Below are positions 1 to 9,936 of a stretch of 64,000 nucleotides of DNA, one piece after another; position 1 is the first letter of the stretch, and each line of letters starts with the position of its first letter. The stretch lies in IMG/VR virus record IMGVR_UViG_3300034093_003283; one strand, written 5' to 3'. A program made the position numbers and the translations under genes. The notes under the pieces were generated by a model that was given only the letters and a program-made list of their open reading frames with translations, did no database searches and was not told where the DNA came from. Source of the DNA: a virus.

Positions 1-1
1 G

Positions 2-418
2 GGTCTAAAAATGTCACCACAAGTCAAGGCAATTGGTTGTTCCAACCTAAAAACTTTGATTGAAGGTGACAAACTATTGATAAATGACTTTGATACCTAT
101 TCGGAATTAACAACTTTTGTTCAACAAAAGAATTCTTTTTCTGCGGAAGAAGGTGCAAATGATGACATGGTAATGTCTTTAGTTATTTTTTCATGGGTAA
201 CAACTCAACAATACTTTAAAGAAATTGTCAACCACGACATTCGCAAACAAATTCAACTGGAAAATATGAACCAGATGGACGATGATGTTCTACCCGCACC
301 AATTATTGAAGATGGTTTAGAACATGATTTTGAGATAGTGGGTGGAGACCTGTGGGAAGTTGCAGACGGTTCAGAAGTATATTCAAACTTTACAAAAAAG
401 ATGATGGATCGGTTGTAA
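2..418 (+). CDS. gp17: Terminase large subunit, C-terminal part (5' truncated)
   Basis: Frame open from window start; VKAIGCSNLKTLIE...F.AEEGANDDMVM motif; precedes tail sheath. Confidence 0.9.
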   Translation, partial: GLKMSPQVKAIGCSNLKTLIEGDKLLINDFDTYSELTTFVQQKNSFSAEEGANDDMVMSLVIFSWVTTQQYFKEIVNHDIRKQIQLENMNQMDDDVLPAPIIEDGLEHDFEIVGGDLWEVADGSEVYSNFTKKMMDRL

Positions 419-485
419 ATCCGGCCTTTCATAAATACACATATGGTATTTTGCCAAAAGAACATAATAATTCAAGGAGAATAAA

Positions 486-2171
486 ATGGCATTTCAAATC
501 TCTCCAGGCGTAAATGTATCTGAGATCGACCTAACTACAGTCGTTCCATCAGTACAAACTACGACCGGTGCATTTGCTGGAACATTTCAATGGGGTCCAG
601 CAAATAAAATCAAATTGATTGGTGACGAAATAACACTAGCTAGCACATTCGGTAAACCAGACTCAACTACATCAACATCGTTTTTTACTTGTTCCAATTT
701 CTTGGCTTACGGCAACAGTTTAAATGTTGTCAGAGCTGTTGGTGATGCATCGTATAACGCATCAAGCGCTTCAGCTATATTAATAAAAAATGAAGATATT
801 TATGAAATTACATATTTGTTGTCAGGTAACTCCAATACATACGGATCTTTCGTTGCAAGATATCCAGGTGCACTAGGTAATTCTTTGAAAGTTTCTGTTT
901 GTGCTAAAGCAAGTCTTTTCTCAGGTTGGACATATGCTTCATATTTTACATCTGCACCAGGCACATCAGAATATGCAACGTCTGTAGGTGGTTCTCTTGA
1001 TGAAATGCACATTGTTGTTATTGATGAAGATGGCTTTTTCACTGGTGTTAAAGGAACAGTTTTGGAAACATATGGTTTCCTTTCAGCCGCATCTGACGCA
1101 GTAATTAATGGTGTTTCAAATTACTACAAACAAGTTATTTTTAATAACTCAAAATATGTTTATGCAATGGATCCAGTTTCTTATTCTGATACAAATAGTA
1201 CATGGGGCACAAGTGCAATCAATACTGTTTTTGTACAACCAACAGTAATTGCAAATATAAGTTTAAGTTCTGGTGTTACCAACGCACCATCAGATGGTAA
1301 TATATCAAGTGCATATGACTTATTTGTTAACAAAGAAGCTGTTGACATTTCATTAGTATTGACTGGTGCTCATAGTGTTACAGTTCAACAATATGTAATC
1401 GACAATGTTGCCATCACTAGAGCAGATTGTGTGGCGTTTGTTTCTCCAAGATACTCAGACGTTGTTAACCAAGCTGGAAGTGAATCTACTAATATCACAA
1501 ACTGGTTAGGTTCATTATCAAGAGCATCTTCATATGTTGTTGCAGATTCTGGATGGAAGTATCAACTAGACAAATACAACAACGTTTATCGTTGGATGCC
1601 ATTGAATGCTGACATTGCAGGTTTGTGTGTTAACACAGATACAGTAAGAGATCCATGGTTCTCACCTGCTGGTCTGAATCGTGGTGCGATCAAGAACTGT
1701 GTTAAATTGGCATGGAATCCAACCAAAACATTCCGTGATGCGTTGTATAAACAAGGTGTAAACCCTGTTGTTTCATTTCCAGGCCAAGGCACATTGTTGT
1801 TTGGTGATAAAACATTGTTGGCCAAACCATCTGCATTTGACAGAATCAATGTCCGTAGATTGTTTATTGTCTTGGAAAAAGCAATTGCACAAGCCGCAAA
1901 ATATTCATTGTTTGAATTGAACGATGAGTTTACCCGTGCTCAGTTTGTTGCTTTAGTAGTTCCGTTCTTGCGTGACATTCAAGGTCGCCGTGGTATTACT
2001 GATTTCAAAGTTGTTTGTGATTCAACAAACAATACAGCACAAGTAATTGACAGCAATCAATTTGTTGGTGATATCTACATCAAACCTGCTCGTTCAATTA
2101 ACTACATTCAGTTGAACTTTGTTGCTGTTGGAACTGGTGTTGACTTCACTACAGTTGTTGGCGCAGCCTAA
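486..2171 (+). CDS. gp18: Tail sheath protein
   Basis: SPGVNVSEIDLT N-terminus, PWFSPAGLNRG, FDRINVRRLF. Confidence 0.97.
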   Translation: MAFQISPGVNVSEIDLTTVVPSVQTTTGAFAGTFQWGPANKIKLIGDEITLASTFGKPDSTTSTSFFTCSNFLAYGNSLNVVRAVGDASYNASSASAILIKNEDIYEITYLLSGNSNTYGSFVARYPGALGNSLKVSVCAKASLFSGWTYASYFTSAPGTSEYATSVGGSLDEMHIVVIDEDGFFTGVKGTVLETYGFLSAASDAVINGVSNYYKQVIFNNSKYVYAMDPVSYSDTNSTWGTSAINTVFVQPTVIANISLSSGVTNAPSDGNISSAYDLFVNKEAVDISLVLTGAHSVTVQQYVIDNVAITRADCVAFVSPRYSDVVNQAGSESTNITNWLGSLSRASSYVVADSGWKYQLDKYNNVYRWMPLNADIAGLCVNTDTVRDPWFSPAGLNRGAIKNCVKLAWNPTKTFRDALYKQGVNPVVSFPGQGTLLFGDKTLLAKPSAFDRINVRRLFIVLEKAIAQAAKYSLFELNDEFTRAQFVALVVPFLRDIQGRRGITDFKVVCDSTNNTAQVIDSNQFVGDIYIKPARSINYIQLNFVAVGTGVDFTTVVGAA

Positions 2172-2198
2172 TAAATAAAACGACAATAGGAGAATACA

Positions 2199-2741
2199 AT
2201 GGCATTCAACGTAGCAGAATTTAGAGCGAATATGATTGGTGACGGAGCCCGTCCTAATCTGTTCTCAGTCTCTTTAGTTTTTCCAACACTAGCCGTAAAC
2301 GGCGCACTAGCTGGTCAGAAAGTTAATTTCATGGCCAAAGCTGCACAACTACCAGGTTCAACAATTGGTACTGTACCAGTTTTTTACTTTGGTCGTGAGA
2401 TGAAGTTTCCTGGTAACAGAACTTTTGCCGACTGGACATTGACAATCATCAACGATGAAGATTTCGCAATACGAAATTCTTTAGAATCTTGGATGAATGC
2501 AATCAACAGCCATGCAACTAATGTCCGTTCTGGTGCTGCAATTGGTTCAACAGGTTACTCTGTAGATGCAAGTGTGACACAATACGGCAAGACAGGAAAT
2601 GAGCTTAAGAAATACAACTTTGTTGGTATGTTCCCACTAGACTTGGCACCAATTGATTTGGATTGGGGTTCAAATGATGCAATTGAAGAATACACTTGTA
2701 CGTTTGCTTACCAATTCTGGGAAACAAATACAACAACTTGA
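2199..2741 (+). CDS. gp19: Tail tube protein
   Basis: GARPNLF, GREMKFPGNRTFADW; synteny. Confidence 0.95.
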   Translation: MAFNVAEFRANMIGDGARPNLFSVSLVFPTLAVNGALAGQKVNFMAKAAQLPGSTIGTVPVFYFGREMKFPGNRTFADWTLTIINDEDFAIRNSLESWMNAINSHATNVRSGAAIGSTGYSVDASVTQYGKTGNELKKYNFVGMFPLDLAPIDLDWGSNDAIEEYTCTFAYQFWETNTTT

Positions 2742-2748
2742 TATATGC

Positions 2749-2777
2749 GGAGGGCCTTGGGCCCTCCATGTTTTTTT
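2749..2777 (+). terminator. Rho-independent terminator
   Basis: GGAGGGCC-TTG-GGCCCTCC hairpin followed by T run. Confidence 0.75.
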
Positions 2778-2800
2778 GATTTTATAATTACACACAAAAT

Positions 2801-4531
2801 ATGGCAAATACAAACAAGTTCTCACTGTTCGGTTTTACAATTTCTCGTCAACAAGATGAGGATGATAAAGTCGTTCAACAATCTTTTGCGCCACCAACTT
2901 CGGATGACGGCGCATTAACTATTACATCTGCCGCTTACTACGGTACATATGTTGACTTAGATGGCACCGCAAAGAATGAGGTAGAACTTATTTCTCGTTA
3001 CCGTGAAATGGCAATGCAACCAGAAATTGAATCTGCGATAGATGACATAGTTAATGAAGCTATTGTACAAAATGATGATGGCAAAATTACTGAAATTGTT
3101 TTAGATGATTTAAAACAACCAGATAAAATTAAGAAGGCCATTAAAGAAGAATTCAATACCATTCTTCGTTTGTTTAATTATCAAAATATGGCACAAGATA
3201 TTTTCCGCCGTTATTATGTTGACGGCAGAATGTATTATCACCTTATTATTGATCGTGAGAACCCACAAGAAGGTATTAAAGAGTTAAGATATATTGATCC
3301 ACGTAGATTGCGTAAAGTGCGTGAGATTAAGAAACAAAAAGATGAACGCACAGGTGTGGAGATTATGAACCCTGTAAATGAGTACTACATCTACAATGAC
3401 AAGGTAGTCTCAGGATCAGCCTCAAACTTTGGACCAGTCGGTACACGCATCACAACAGATTCGATCATCTCGGTGGTTTCTGGCCTTATGGATTCACGTA
3501 GGGCAGTTGTGTTGTCATATCTACACAAGGCAATCAAGCCATTGAATCAATTAAGGATGATTGAAGATGCAACAGTTATCTATAGGATTTCACGTGCTCC
3601 TGAACGCCGTATCTTTTATATTGACGTTGGCAATCTTCCTAAGTTAAAAGCGGAACAATACCTCCGTGACATTATGGTCAAGTATAAGAACAAACTTGTC
3701 TATGATGCAAACACAGGTGAAGTCCGTGATGACCGCAAGTTTATGTCCATGATGGAAGACTTTTGGTTACCACGTAGAGAAGGTGGCAAAGGTACAGAGA
3801 TTACTACACTACCAGGTGGACAAAACCTAGGTGAGTTGGAAGATGTTAAGTACTTTCAAAAGAAATTATACGGTGCATTGTGTGTACCAGTTTCTAGATT
3901 AGAACCGAATCAAAGTTTTTCTCTTGGTCGTACCTCAGAGATTACTAGAGATGAATTGAAGTTCTCCAAATTTGTTGATAGACTACGTAACAAATTTTCG
4001 GATGTTTTTGACCAGGCTCTTCGTGTACAGTGTGTACTTAAAGGCATATGTACCAATGAAGAATGGAACTTGTTTAAAGAACACATTCACTATGATTTTA
4101 TCAGAGATAATAATTTCTCCGAATTAAAAGAATCGGAATTAATTAATCAAAGATTGTCTTTGTTGGGTGCAGTCGATCCTTATACGGGCCGGTATTTTTC
4201 ACAAAAGTGGATACAACAAAATGTGTTGCGTTTATCGGATGATGAGATTGAAGAAATGCAGGAACAAATTGACAAAGAAAAAGAAATGGGTCTTGGTTTG
4301 CCAGTTGCAGTAACTAACGATGTTGCACAACAACAAATGATGGGTCAGGTTCAAACTGACCAAATGGTACAACAGGCAAAGTTGATGCCCGATCAAGGTC
4401 AAGCTGATGGAGGTTCTGGTGGTTCTACATCAGCCAGCCCAAAAGCAAAGAGTTCTAGTGGTTCGAAGCCAGTTAAAGGTGATTTGAGTTTAGAAGATAC
4501 TACCTTCACTAGATTAAAACGCATATTATAA
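2801..4531 (+). CDS. gp20: Portal protein
   Basis: RAPERRIFYIDVGNLPK, EDFWLPRREGGKGTEI. Confidence 0.97.
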   Translation: MANTNKFSLFGFTISRQQDEDDKVVQQSFAPPTSDDGALTITSAAYYGTYVDLDGTAKNEVELISRYREMAMQPEIESAIDDIVNEAIVQNDDGKITEIVLDDLKQPDKIKKAIKEEFNTILRLFNYQNMAQDIFRRYYVDGRMYYHLIIDRENPQEGIKELRYIDPRRLRKVREIKKQKDERTGVEIMNPVNEYYIYNDKVVSGSASNFGPVGTRITTDSIISVVSGLMDSRRAVVLSYLHKAIKPLNQLRMIEDATVIYRISRAPERRIFYIDVGNLPKLKAEQYLRDIMVKYKNKLVYDANTGEVRDDRKFMSMMEDFWLPRREGGKGTEITTLPGGQNLGELEDVKYFQKKLYGALCVPVSRLEPNQSFSLGRTSEITRDELKFSKFVDRLRNKFSDVFDQALRVQCVLKGICTNEEWNLFKEHIHYDFIRDNNFSELKESELINQRLSLLGAVDPYTGRYFSQKWIQQNVLRLSDDEIEEMQEQIDKEKEMGLGLPVAVTNDVAQQQMMGQVQTDQMVQQAKLMPDQGQADGGSGGSTSASPKAKSSSGSKPVKGDLSLEDTTFTRLKRIL

Positions 4532-4544
4532 TTAGGAGATAAAC

Positions 4545-4736
4545 ATGGCAACAGCAAGAGAAATAGTAGACTATGCAGAACAAGATAACGCAAAAGAAAT
4601 GCGGGATGCTTTGTATTCTGCATTGCAAGACAAGGTAATGGCGCACATTGAAGCACACAAACAAGTGGTTGCACAGAACATAATGAACCCACCAGAAGCA
4701 GCTGTTGAAGATGAAGCGATTCAAGCATCAGCTTAA
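4545..4736 (+). CDS. Small acidic prohead core protein (gp67-like)
   Basis: Size, composition, position after portal; AGGAG RBS. Confidence 0.55.
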   Translation: MATAREIVDYAEQDNAKEMRDALYSALQDKVMAHIEAHKQVVAQNIMNPPEAAVEDEAIQASA

Positions 4737-4750
4737 TTTTGTCATATTGG

Positions 4751-4758
4751 TATAAATA
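4751..4758 (+). promoter_or_regulatory. T4-type late promoter TATAAATA
   Basis: Exact gp55 consensus in intergenic gap. Confidence 0.75.
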
Positions 4759-4785
4759 TTATTCAAACAATAACAGGGATTTCAA

Positions 4786-5307
4786 ATGGCAAATGCATTT
4801 TCATATCAAGTCATTAAAGACACAACAGAACATGCCGTTATTAAGTTAACAGGCAAGTTTGATGGTACAGGACAAGAAGATAATCACTTTAGAATTACAG
4901 CTAATACGTTGTCGGGTGCATTAGATAGTTCCAAAGCAAATTTACTTTCATCAACCGCAAACACAGGACCATTGGCATTTTATGGTTTGTCATTAAATCG
5001 TATGTGGTATGATTGTTCAACTGATGGTGATGTACAATTATTCTGGCACGCCGATACAGCTGTAACATTAATGATATTGAACGGTAACGGTGAATATGAC
5101 GGTGCCGGCAACTGGACAACAATTCCAAACAATGCAAAAGGTACCGCTGGTTGCAAAGGCGACATTGGTATACAAACCCGTGGTATGGTTGCAAACAGTT
5201 CTTATACAATTGTACTAGAATTACGTAAAGACAATGAACACTACCAACGTGGACAGTTCAACGATCCTGCTGCCTTCAATTATGGTAGTTACGGAATAAG
5301 ACCATAA
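4786..5307 (+). CDS. Hypothetical virion-module protein
   Basis: 173 aa ORF between portal and protease genes. Confidence 0.6.
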   Translation: MANAFSYQVIKDTTEHAVIKLTGKFDGTGQEDNHFRITANTLSGALDSSKANLLSSTANTGPLAFYGLSLNRMWYDCSTDGDVQLFWHADTAVTLMILNGNGEYDGAGNWTTIPNNAKGTAGCKGDIGIQTRGMVANSSYTIVLELRKDNEHYQRGQFNDPAAFNYGSYGIRP

Positions 5308-5315
5308 GGACCAAC

Positions 5316-5960
5316 ATGAAACTCATTAAAGAAATTACCGAATCAGTAAACTATTTGGTGGAAGAAAATGATGGAAAGAAAACTCTTTTCATTGAAGGTC
5401 CATTTTTAGTTTCTGAGAAGGTTAACAAAAACGGCCGCATGTATAAAGAAGAAACCATGCGTAAAGAAGTTGGTCGTTATGTAACCGAGTATGTTGATAA
5501 AAATCGTGCCTTTGGTGAACTGGGACATCCAGACACCCCATCTATCAATCTGGATCGTGTGTCTCACATTATTGTGGGATTACGTCAAGAAGGAACTGCT
5601 TGGATAGGCAAAGCTAAAATTCTTGAAACACCAATGGGTAACATTGCAAGAAGTCTTATCGAAGGTGGCGCACAACTAGGTGTGTCTTCCCGTGGTATGG
5701 GTTCTCTCAAAGCTATCAACGGCGTTAACATAGTTCAAGATGACTTTCATCTGGCCACAGCGGCAGATATTGTAGCAGACCCTTCTGCGCCTGGTGCTTT
5801 TGTACAAGGTATTATGGAAGGTAAAGAGTGGATGATGGTAAACGGATCATGGACTGAGGTTCAGTACGAAGAAGCTAAGAGAGAAATCAAACAAGCTTCT
5901 AGTAAAGACATTGAACGTGTAAGTTTAAAAATATTCGAAAACTTCATCAAAAAACTTTAA
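5316..5960 (+). CDS. gp21: Prohead core protease
   Basis: GELGHP, LGVSSRGMGS, DIVADPSAP. Confidence 0.97.
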   Translation: MKLIKEITESVNYLVEENDGKKTLFIEGPFLVSEKVNKNGRMYKEETMRKEVGRYVTEYVDKNRAFGELGHPDTPSINLDRVSHIIVGLRQEGTAWIGKAKILETPMGNIARSLIEGGAQLGVSSRGMGSLKAINGVNIVQDDFHLATAADIVADPSAPGAFVQGIMEGKEWMMVNGSWTEVQYEEAKREIKQASSKDIERVSLKIFENFIKKL

Positions 5961-5961
5961 T

Positions 5962-5969
5962 TATAAATA
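5962..5969 (+). promoter_or_regulatory. Late promoter TATAAATA
   Basis: Exact consensus upstream of scaffold gene. Confidence 0.75.
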
Positions 5970-5998
5970 TCCAATATAAAATCAAGGAGATTCTCAAA

Positions 5999-7246
5999 AT
6001 GGGAAAATTTAATCTGACAGACGCCGCTAAATCAATTCTTACAGAAGGCGCAAAGGAAAACTTTGAAGCTTCTGTAGCTCGTGGCCACAAAGAAGGTTCA
6101 TCTAAACTACCTACATCTGTTGCTTATGGCATGAAAGATGCTGGCGAAGTTGCTGGTGAAATCAAGAAACAAGATGACGAAACTGGTGATTACACCAAAG
6201 GTGTTCCAACAGCTACACCTCCTGGCGCAACACCACCTGTCGGTTCACAACCTGGCAGCAAACTATCTGGTCCTGCCGATTCACAAGGTGCTGAACACAA
6301 AGCTGTTCAAGCAGCTGCAACAGACTATTCTGCCATTCGTGACAGAATTAAAGCTAAACTTGCACCACAAATGATGCAAGCAAATCCAGGTGCAACATTC
6401 CAATCTTATGCTGAAGAAACAGAAGAAGAAGTTGTTGCTGAAGAAAGCCACGAAGATGCTGGTGAGGACAAAGCAATGATTAAGAAAATGATGAAGAAAC
6501 AAAAAATGAAAGAACAGATGGACCAAGATGTTGGTGCATTACTTTCTGGTGAAGAATTGTCCGAAGAATTCAAAACAAAAGCAACCACAATTTTTGAAGC
6601 AGCCGTTATTGCTCGTTCACAAGCCATTTTGGAAGAAGTTGAAGAAGCAATGTACGAAGAATTCGAAGCTTCAGTTGAAGAGGTTAAGGAAGAATTGTCT
6701 AAGAAATTGGATGACTACATTAACTACATGTCAGAAGAATGGTTCAAAGAAAACCAATTGGCAATCGAAAAAGGACTACGTGCCGAAATCGTTGAAGATT
6801 TCATCCGTGGTATGAAAACTTTGTTCGAAGACCACTACATTGACATTCCAGAAGAAAAAGTAAACGTTGTCGAAGAATTGACAGACAAGGTTGAAGAATT
6901 GGAAGACTCATTAAACGAACAGATTCAGACTGCCGTTCAAATGAAGAAACAAATTAACGAATACAAAAAAACAGAGGCTATACATGCAGTATGTGAAGGC
7001 CTAACGCAGACTCAAGTGGAGAAATTGAAATCACTCGCAGAGAGTGTTGATTTTACCACAGAAGAGGAATTTGGTCGTAAATTGGAAACATTGGTAGATT
7101 CATACTTCCAGTCTCCAATTAAAGCGATTGAAAGTTCTGTATTGCACGAAGCAGTGGAAGTTGAGGAAGACAAGAAGCCATCGGCATCTGTTGATCCTGA
7201 AATTGCACAGTACGCACAAACAATCTCTAAATCATTGGTTAAATAA
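5999..7246 (+). CDS. gp22: Prohead scaffold protein
   Basis: LSEEFKTKATTIFEAAV; acidic coiled coil; synteny. Confidence 0.92.
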   Translation: MGKFNLTDAAKSILTEGAKENFEASVARGHKEGSSKLPTSVAYGMKDAGEVAGEIKKQDDETGDYTKGVPTATPPGATPPVGSQPGSKLSGPADSQGAEHKAVQAAATDYSAIRDRIKAKLAPQMMQANPGATFQSYAEETEEEVVAEESHEDAGEDKAMIKKMMKKQKMKEQMDQDVGALLSGEELSEEFKTKATTIFEAAVIARSQAILEEVEEAMYEEFEASVEEVKEELSKKLDDYINYMSEEWFKENQLAIEKGLRAEIVEDFIRGMKTLFEDHYIDIPEEKVNVVEELTDKVEELEDSLNEQIQTAVQMKKQINEYKKTEAIHAVCEGLTQTQVEKLKSLAESVDFTTEEEFGRKLETLVDSYFQSPIKAIESSVLHEAVEVEEDKKPSASVDPEIAQYAQTISKSLVK

Positions 7247-7288
7247 ATAAACTTTACCAATAAAAGATACTCATAAGGAGAACACTAA

Positions 7289-8626
7289 ATGTATCTAACC
7301 GAAGAACTACAAAAAAAATGGGCACCTGTGCTTGAGCACGAAGGTCTAGAGTCCATCAAAGACCCATACAAGAAAGCTGTTACAGCGCTTGTTTTGGAAA
7401 ACCAACAACGTGAGATGGCTTCTGCTCAATCTCAGTTGAATGAGACCACATATTCTGCAGCTCCAACAAACGCTACAGGTTCTGGCATTTCTAACTACGA
7501 TCCAATCTTGATTAGTTTGGTTCGCCGTGCATTGCCTAACTTGATTGCATATGATGTTGCAGGCGTTCAGCCAATGACAGGCCCAACCGGCTTGATCTTT
7601 GCAATGCGTGCTCGTTATAACAACCAAAGCGGTGCAACTGGTAACGCTAATGAAGCATTCTTCAATGAAGCAAATACCATATTCACTGGTAATAGTTCCG
7701 ATGCAAACCCATACGGTTTCAAAGGTAACGTTACAACTGACTCAGCAAGCGGATTTGGTTTTGCAAATACTTCAACTGGTATTGGCATGCCAACAACTAA
7801 AGCTGAAAGCCTTGGTGCTGATGATTCAACAGGTGTATTCAATCAAATGGCATTCACCATTGAGAAAGTTACTGTAACTGCTCAAAGCCGTGCGTTGAAA
7901 GCTGAATACTCACTAGAACTTGCACAAGACTTGAAAGCAATCCATGGTTTGGATGCTGAAACAGAATTGAGCAACATTCTTTCTACTGAGATTCTTGCTG
8001 AAATCAACCGTGAAGTTATCCGTACAATCTATACATGCGCTGTTGCAGGTGCTCAGTATGGTACTACAACTGCTGGTTCTTTCGACTTGGACACAGACTC
8101 TAACGGTCGTTGGTCAGTTGAACGTTTCAAAGGTTTGATTTTCCAAATTGAACGTGATGCTAACGTAATTGCTAAGCAAACTCGTCGTGGCAAAGGTAAC
8201 GTGATGATTGTATCGTCTGACGTTGCTTCCGCAATGGCAATGGCTGGTGTGTTGCAATACACTCCTAACCTATCTGCTGACCTACAAGTTGATGACACAG
8301 GCAATACATTTGCTGGTTTGTTGCACGGTCGTATCAAAGTTTACATTGATCCATATTTTGGTGGTTACACAAGCAACCAAGAATTGGTTACAGTTGGTTA
8401 CAAAGGTACTTCACCTTATGATGCTGGATTGTTCTATTGCCCATACGTTCCTTTGCAAATGGTTCGTGCAATTGACCAGTTCACATTCCAACCAAAAATT
8501 GGATTCAAAACACGTTACGGCATGGTTGCAAACCCATTCGCAACTGGTTTGACAACTGGCAGCGGTGCATTAGACAGACGTAGCAACGTTTACTATCGTA
8601 TCTTCACAGTTAAAAACTTGATGTAA
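7289..8626 (+). CDS. gp23: Major capsid protein
   Basis: GVQPMTGPTGLIFAMR, RALKAEYSLELAQDLKAIHGLDAE. Confidence 0.98.
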   Translation: MYLTEELQKKWAPVLEHEGLESIKDPYKKAVTALVLENQQREMASAQSQLNETTYSAAPTNATGSGISNYDPILISLVRRALPNLIAYDVAGVQPMTGPTGLIFAMRARYNNQSGATGNANEAFFNEANTIFTGNSSDANPYGFKGNVTTDSASGFGFANTSTGIGMPTTKAESLGADDSTGVFNQMAFTIEKVTVTAQSRALKAEYSLELAQDLKAIHGLDAETELSNILSTEILAEINREVIRTIYTCAVAGAQYGTTTAGSFDLDTDSNGRWSVERFKGLIFQIERDANVIAKQTRRGKGNVMIVSSDVASAMAMAGVLQYTPNLSADLQVDDTGNTFAGLLHGRIKVYIDPYFGGYTSNQELVTVGYKGTSPYDAGLFYCPYVPLQMVRAIDQFTFQPKIGFKTRYGMVANPFATGLTTGSGALDRRSNVYYRIFTVKNLM

Positions 8627-8673
8627 TCCCAGGGTACCAGGGATGGGAAGAGTCACCACTAAGAGTGACATTT

Positions 8674-8703
8674 AAAGACCACCTTCGGGTGGTCTTTTTT
8701 TTT
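8674..8703 (+). terminator. Rho-independent terminator after gp23
   Basis: AAAGACCACC-TTCG-GGTGGTCTTT then T run. Confidence 0.92.
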
Positions 8704-8732
8704 GGCTCCTAAATACTGATAGAGGAGATAAC

Positions 8733-9245
8733 ATGACTGCAATAACTAGATCACCAGAAAATACCAATTTACTTCAACCCACAAAATTTTTATTGTCATT
8801 CGATAGAATTAGGGCCACACAGTATTTTTGTCAGTCGGTTAATCTACCGGGCGTTTCTTTGGGTGAGGTTAATAGAGCCACTCCATTCTTAGACATGTAT
8901 TCACCTGGTACCAAACTAACGTATTCTCCACTTGATGTTGAATTTTTGGTTGATGAAGAATTACAATCATGGAAAAACATATATGATTGGTTCACCTCAA
9001 TTGCTGATCCAGATGGTTTTGAAAAACGCAACGGTAGTAAAGAACTACAAAACAACAAACATTTTTCAGACGCAACATTAACTATTCTAAGTGGATTAAA
9101 CAATCCAATTCTAAGAATACAATATACAAATTTATTCCCGTTGAGTATAAATGATATTCAATTTGATACTACACAATCCGCAGACACCATTATAACCGCA
9201 AGCGCAACATTCAGGTATCAATCATACAAATACTTGACAGTTTAA
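8733..9245 (+). CDS. gp3: Tail completion protein
   Basis: YFCQSVNLPG, FLVDEELQSW; synteny. Confidence 0.85.
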   Translation: MTAITRSPENTNLLQPTKFLLSFDRIRATQYFCQSVNLPGVSLGEVNRATPFLDMYSPGTKLTYSPLDVEFLVDEELQSWKNIYDWFTSIADPDGFEKRNGSKELQNNKHFSDATLTILSGLNNPILRIQYTNLFPLSINDIQFDTTQSADTIITASATFRYQSYKYLTV

Positions 9246-9287
9246 TACTTTTGTGATATAATGTTTTGATTATGGCAATTATAAATA
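9234..9287 (+). promoter_or_regulatory. Sigma70-type promoter plus late promoter for uvsY
   Basis: TTGACA(9234)-17-TATAAT(9257); TATAAATA at 9280. Confidence 0.8.
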
Positions 9288-9290
9288 ACT

Positions 9291-9725
9291 ATGGAAACAC
9301 TTGAAATAATATTAAAAATGTGGGAATCGGATGCAGTCATCGACCAAACCGAACCCAGCAAAGAACTATTAAAGATACCTGTATATCACAGTAAATATCT
9401 TGGCATTCTGACCAAACATAAAATCGCATCAAAGAAAGCTCATTTTGATTACCTACGTATGCGTAAGGTAAAGTGGGAATACTTTACTGGCAAAATGTCA
9501 CAAGATGAATTGACTGAATATGGTTGGGAACCTTTTCAGTTTGCATTGAAGTCTGACATTAATACTTACTTGGAAGCAGACAAAGACCTTATCAAATTAT
9601 TGGAGAAAAAGGTCTACCATGAGGAAGTCGTTTCAGTTATTGAATCTATTATGGCCGAATTGAAACAAAGAACATGGCAACTGCGAGACTTTATATCATG
9701 GGAGAAATTCGTTGGTGGACAGTAA
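9291..9725 (+). CDS. uvsY: Recombination mediator UvsY
   Basis: KIPVYHSKY, KWEYFTGK, YLEADKD. Confidence 0.88.
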   Translation: METLEIILKMWESDAVIDQTEPSKELLKIPVYHSKYLGILTKHKIASKKAHFDYLRMRKVKWEYFTGKMSQDELTEYGWEPFQFALKSDINTYLEADKDLIKLLEKKVYHEEVVSVIESIMAELKQRTWQLRDFISWEKFVGGQ

Positions 9726-9936
9726 AACGTTAAAAAATAGAGAACGTAAAGCTCGTAGAAATCATAGAGACAGACAAAATACCAGAATGAATTTTGGTAA
9801 ATATAAAGGTTTCTATTTCAAAGATGTTCCCACCGATTATTTGGAATGGGCAGCCAAACATTGGGTTGAACCACAATATAGACCCATATTAATATTAGTA
9901 GTTGAAGAAATTGAATACAGACATTTTAATAACTAA
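9712..9936 (+). CDS. Small FGKYKG-motif protein (DUF3820-like)
   Basis: MNFGKYKG..FKDVPTDYLEW. Confidence 0.6.
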   Translation: MVDSKTLKNRERKARRNHRDRQNTRMNFGKYKGFYFKDVPTDYLEWAAKHWVEPQYRPILILVVEEIEYRHFNN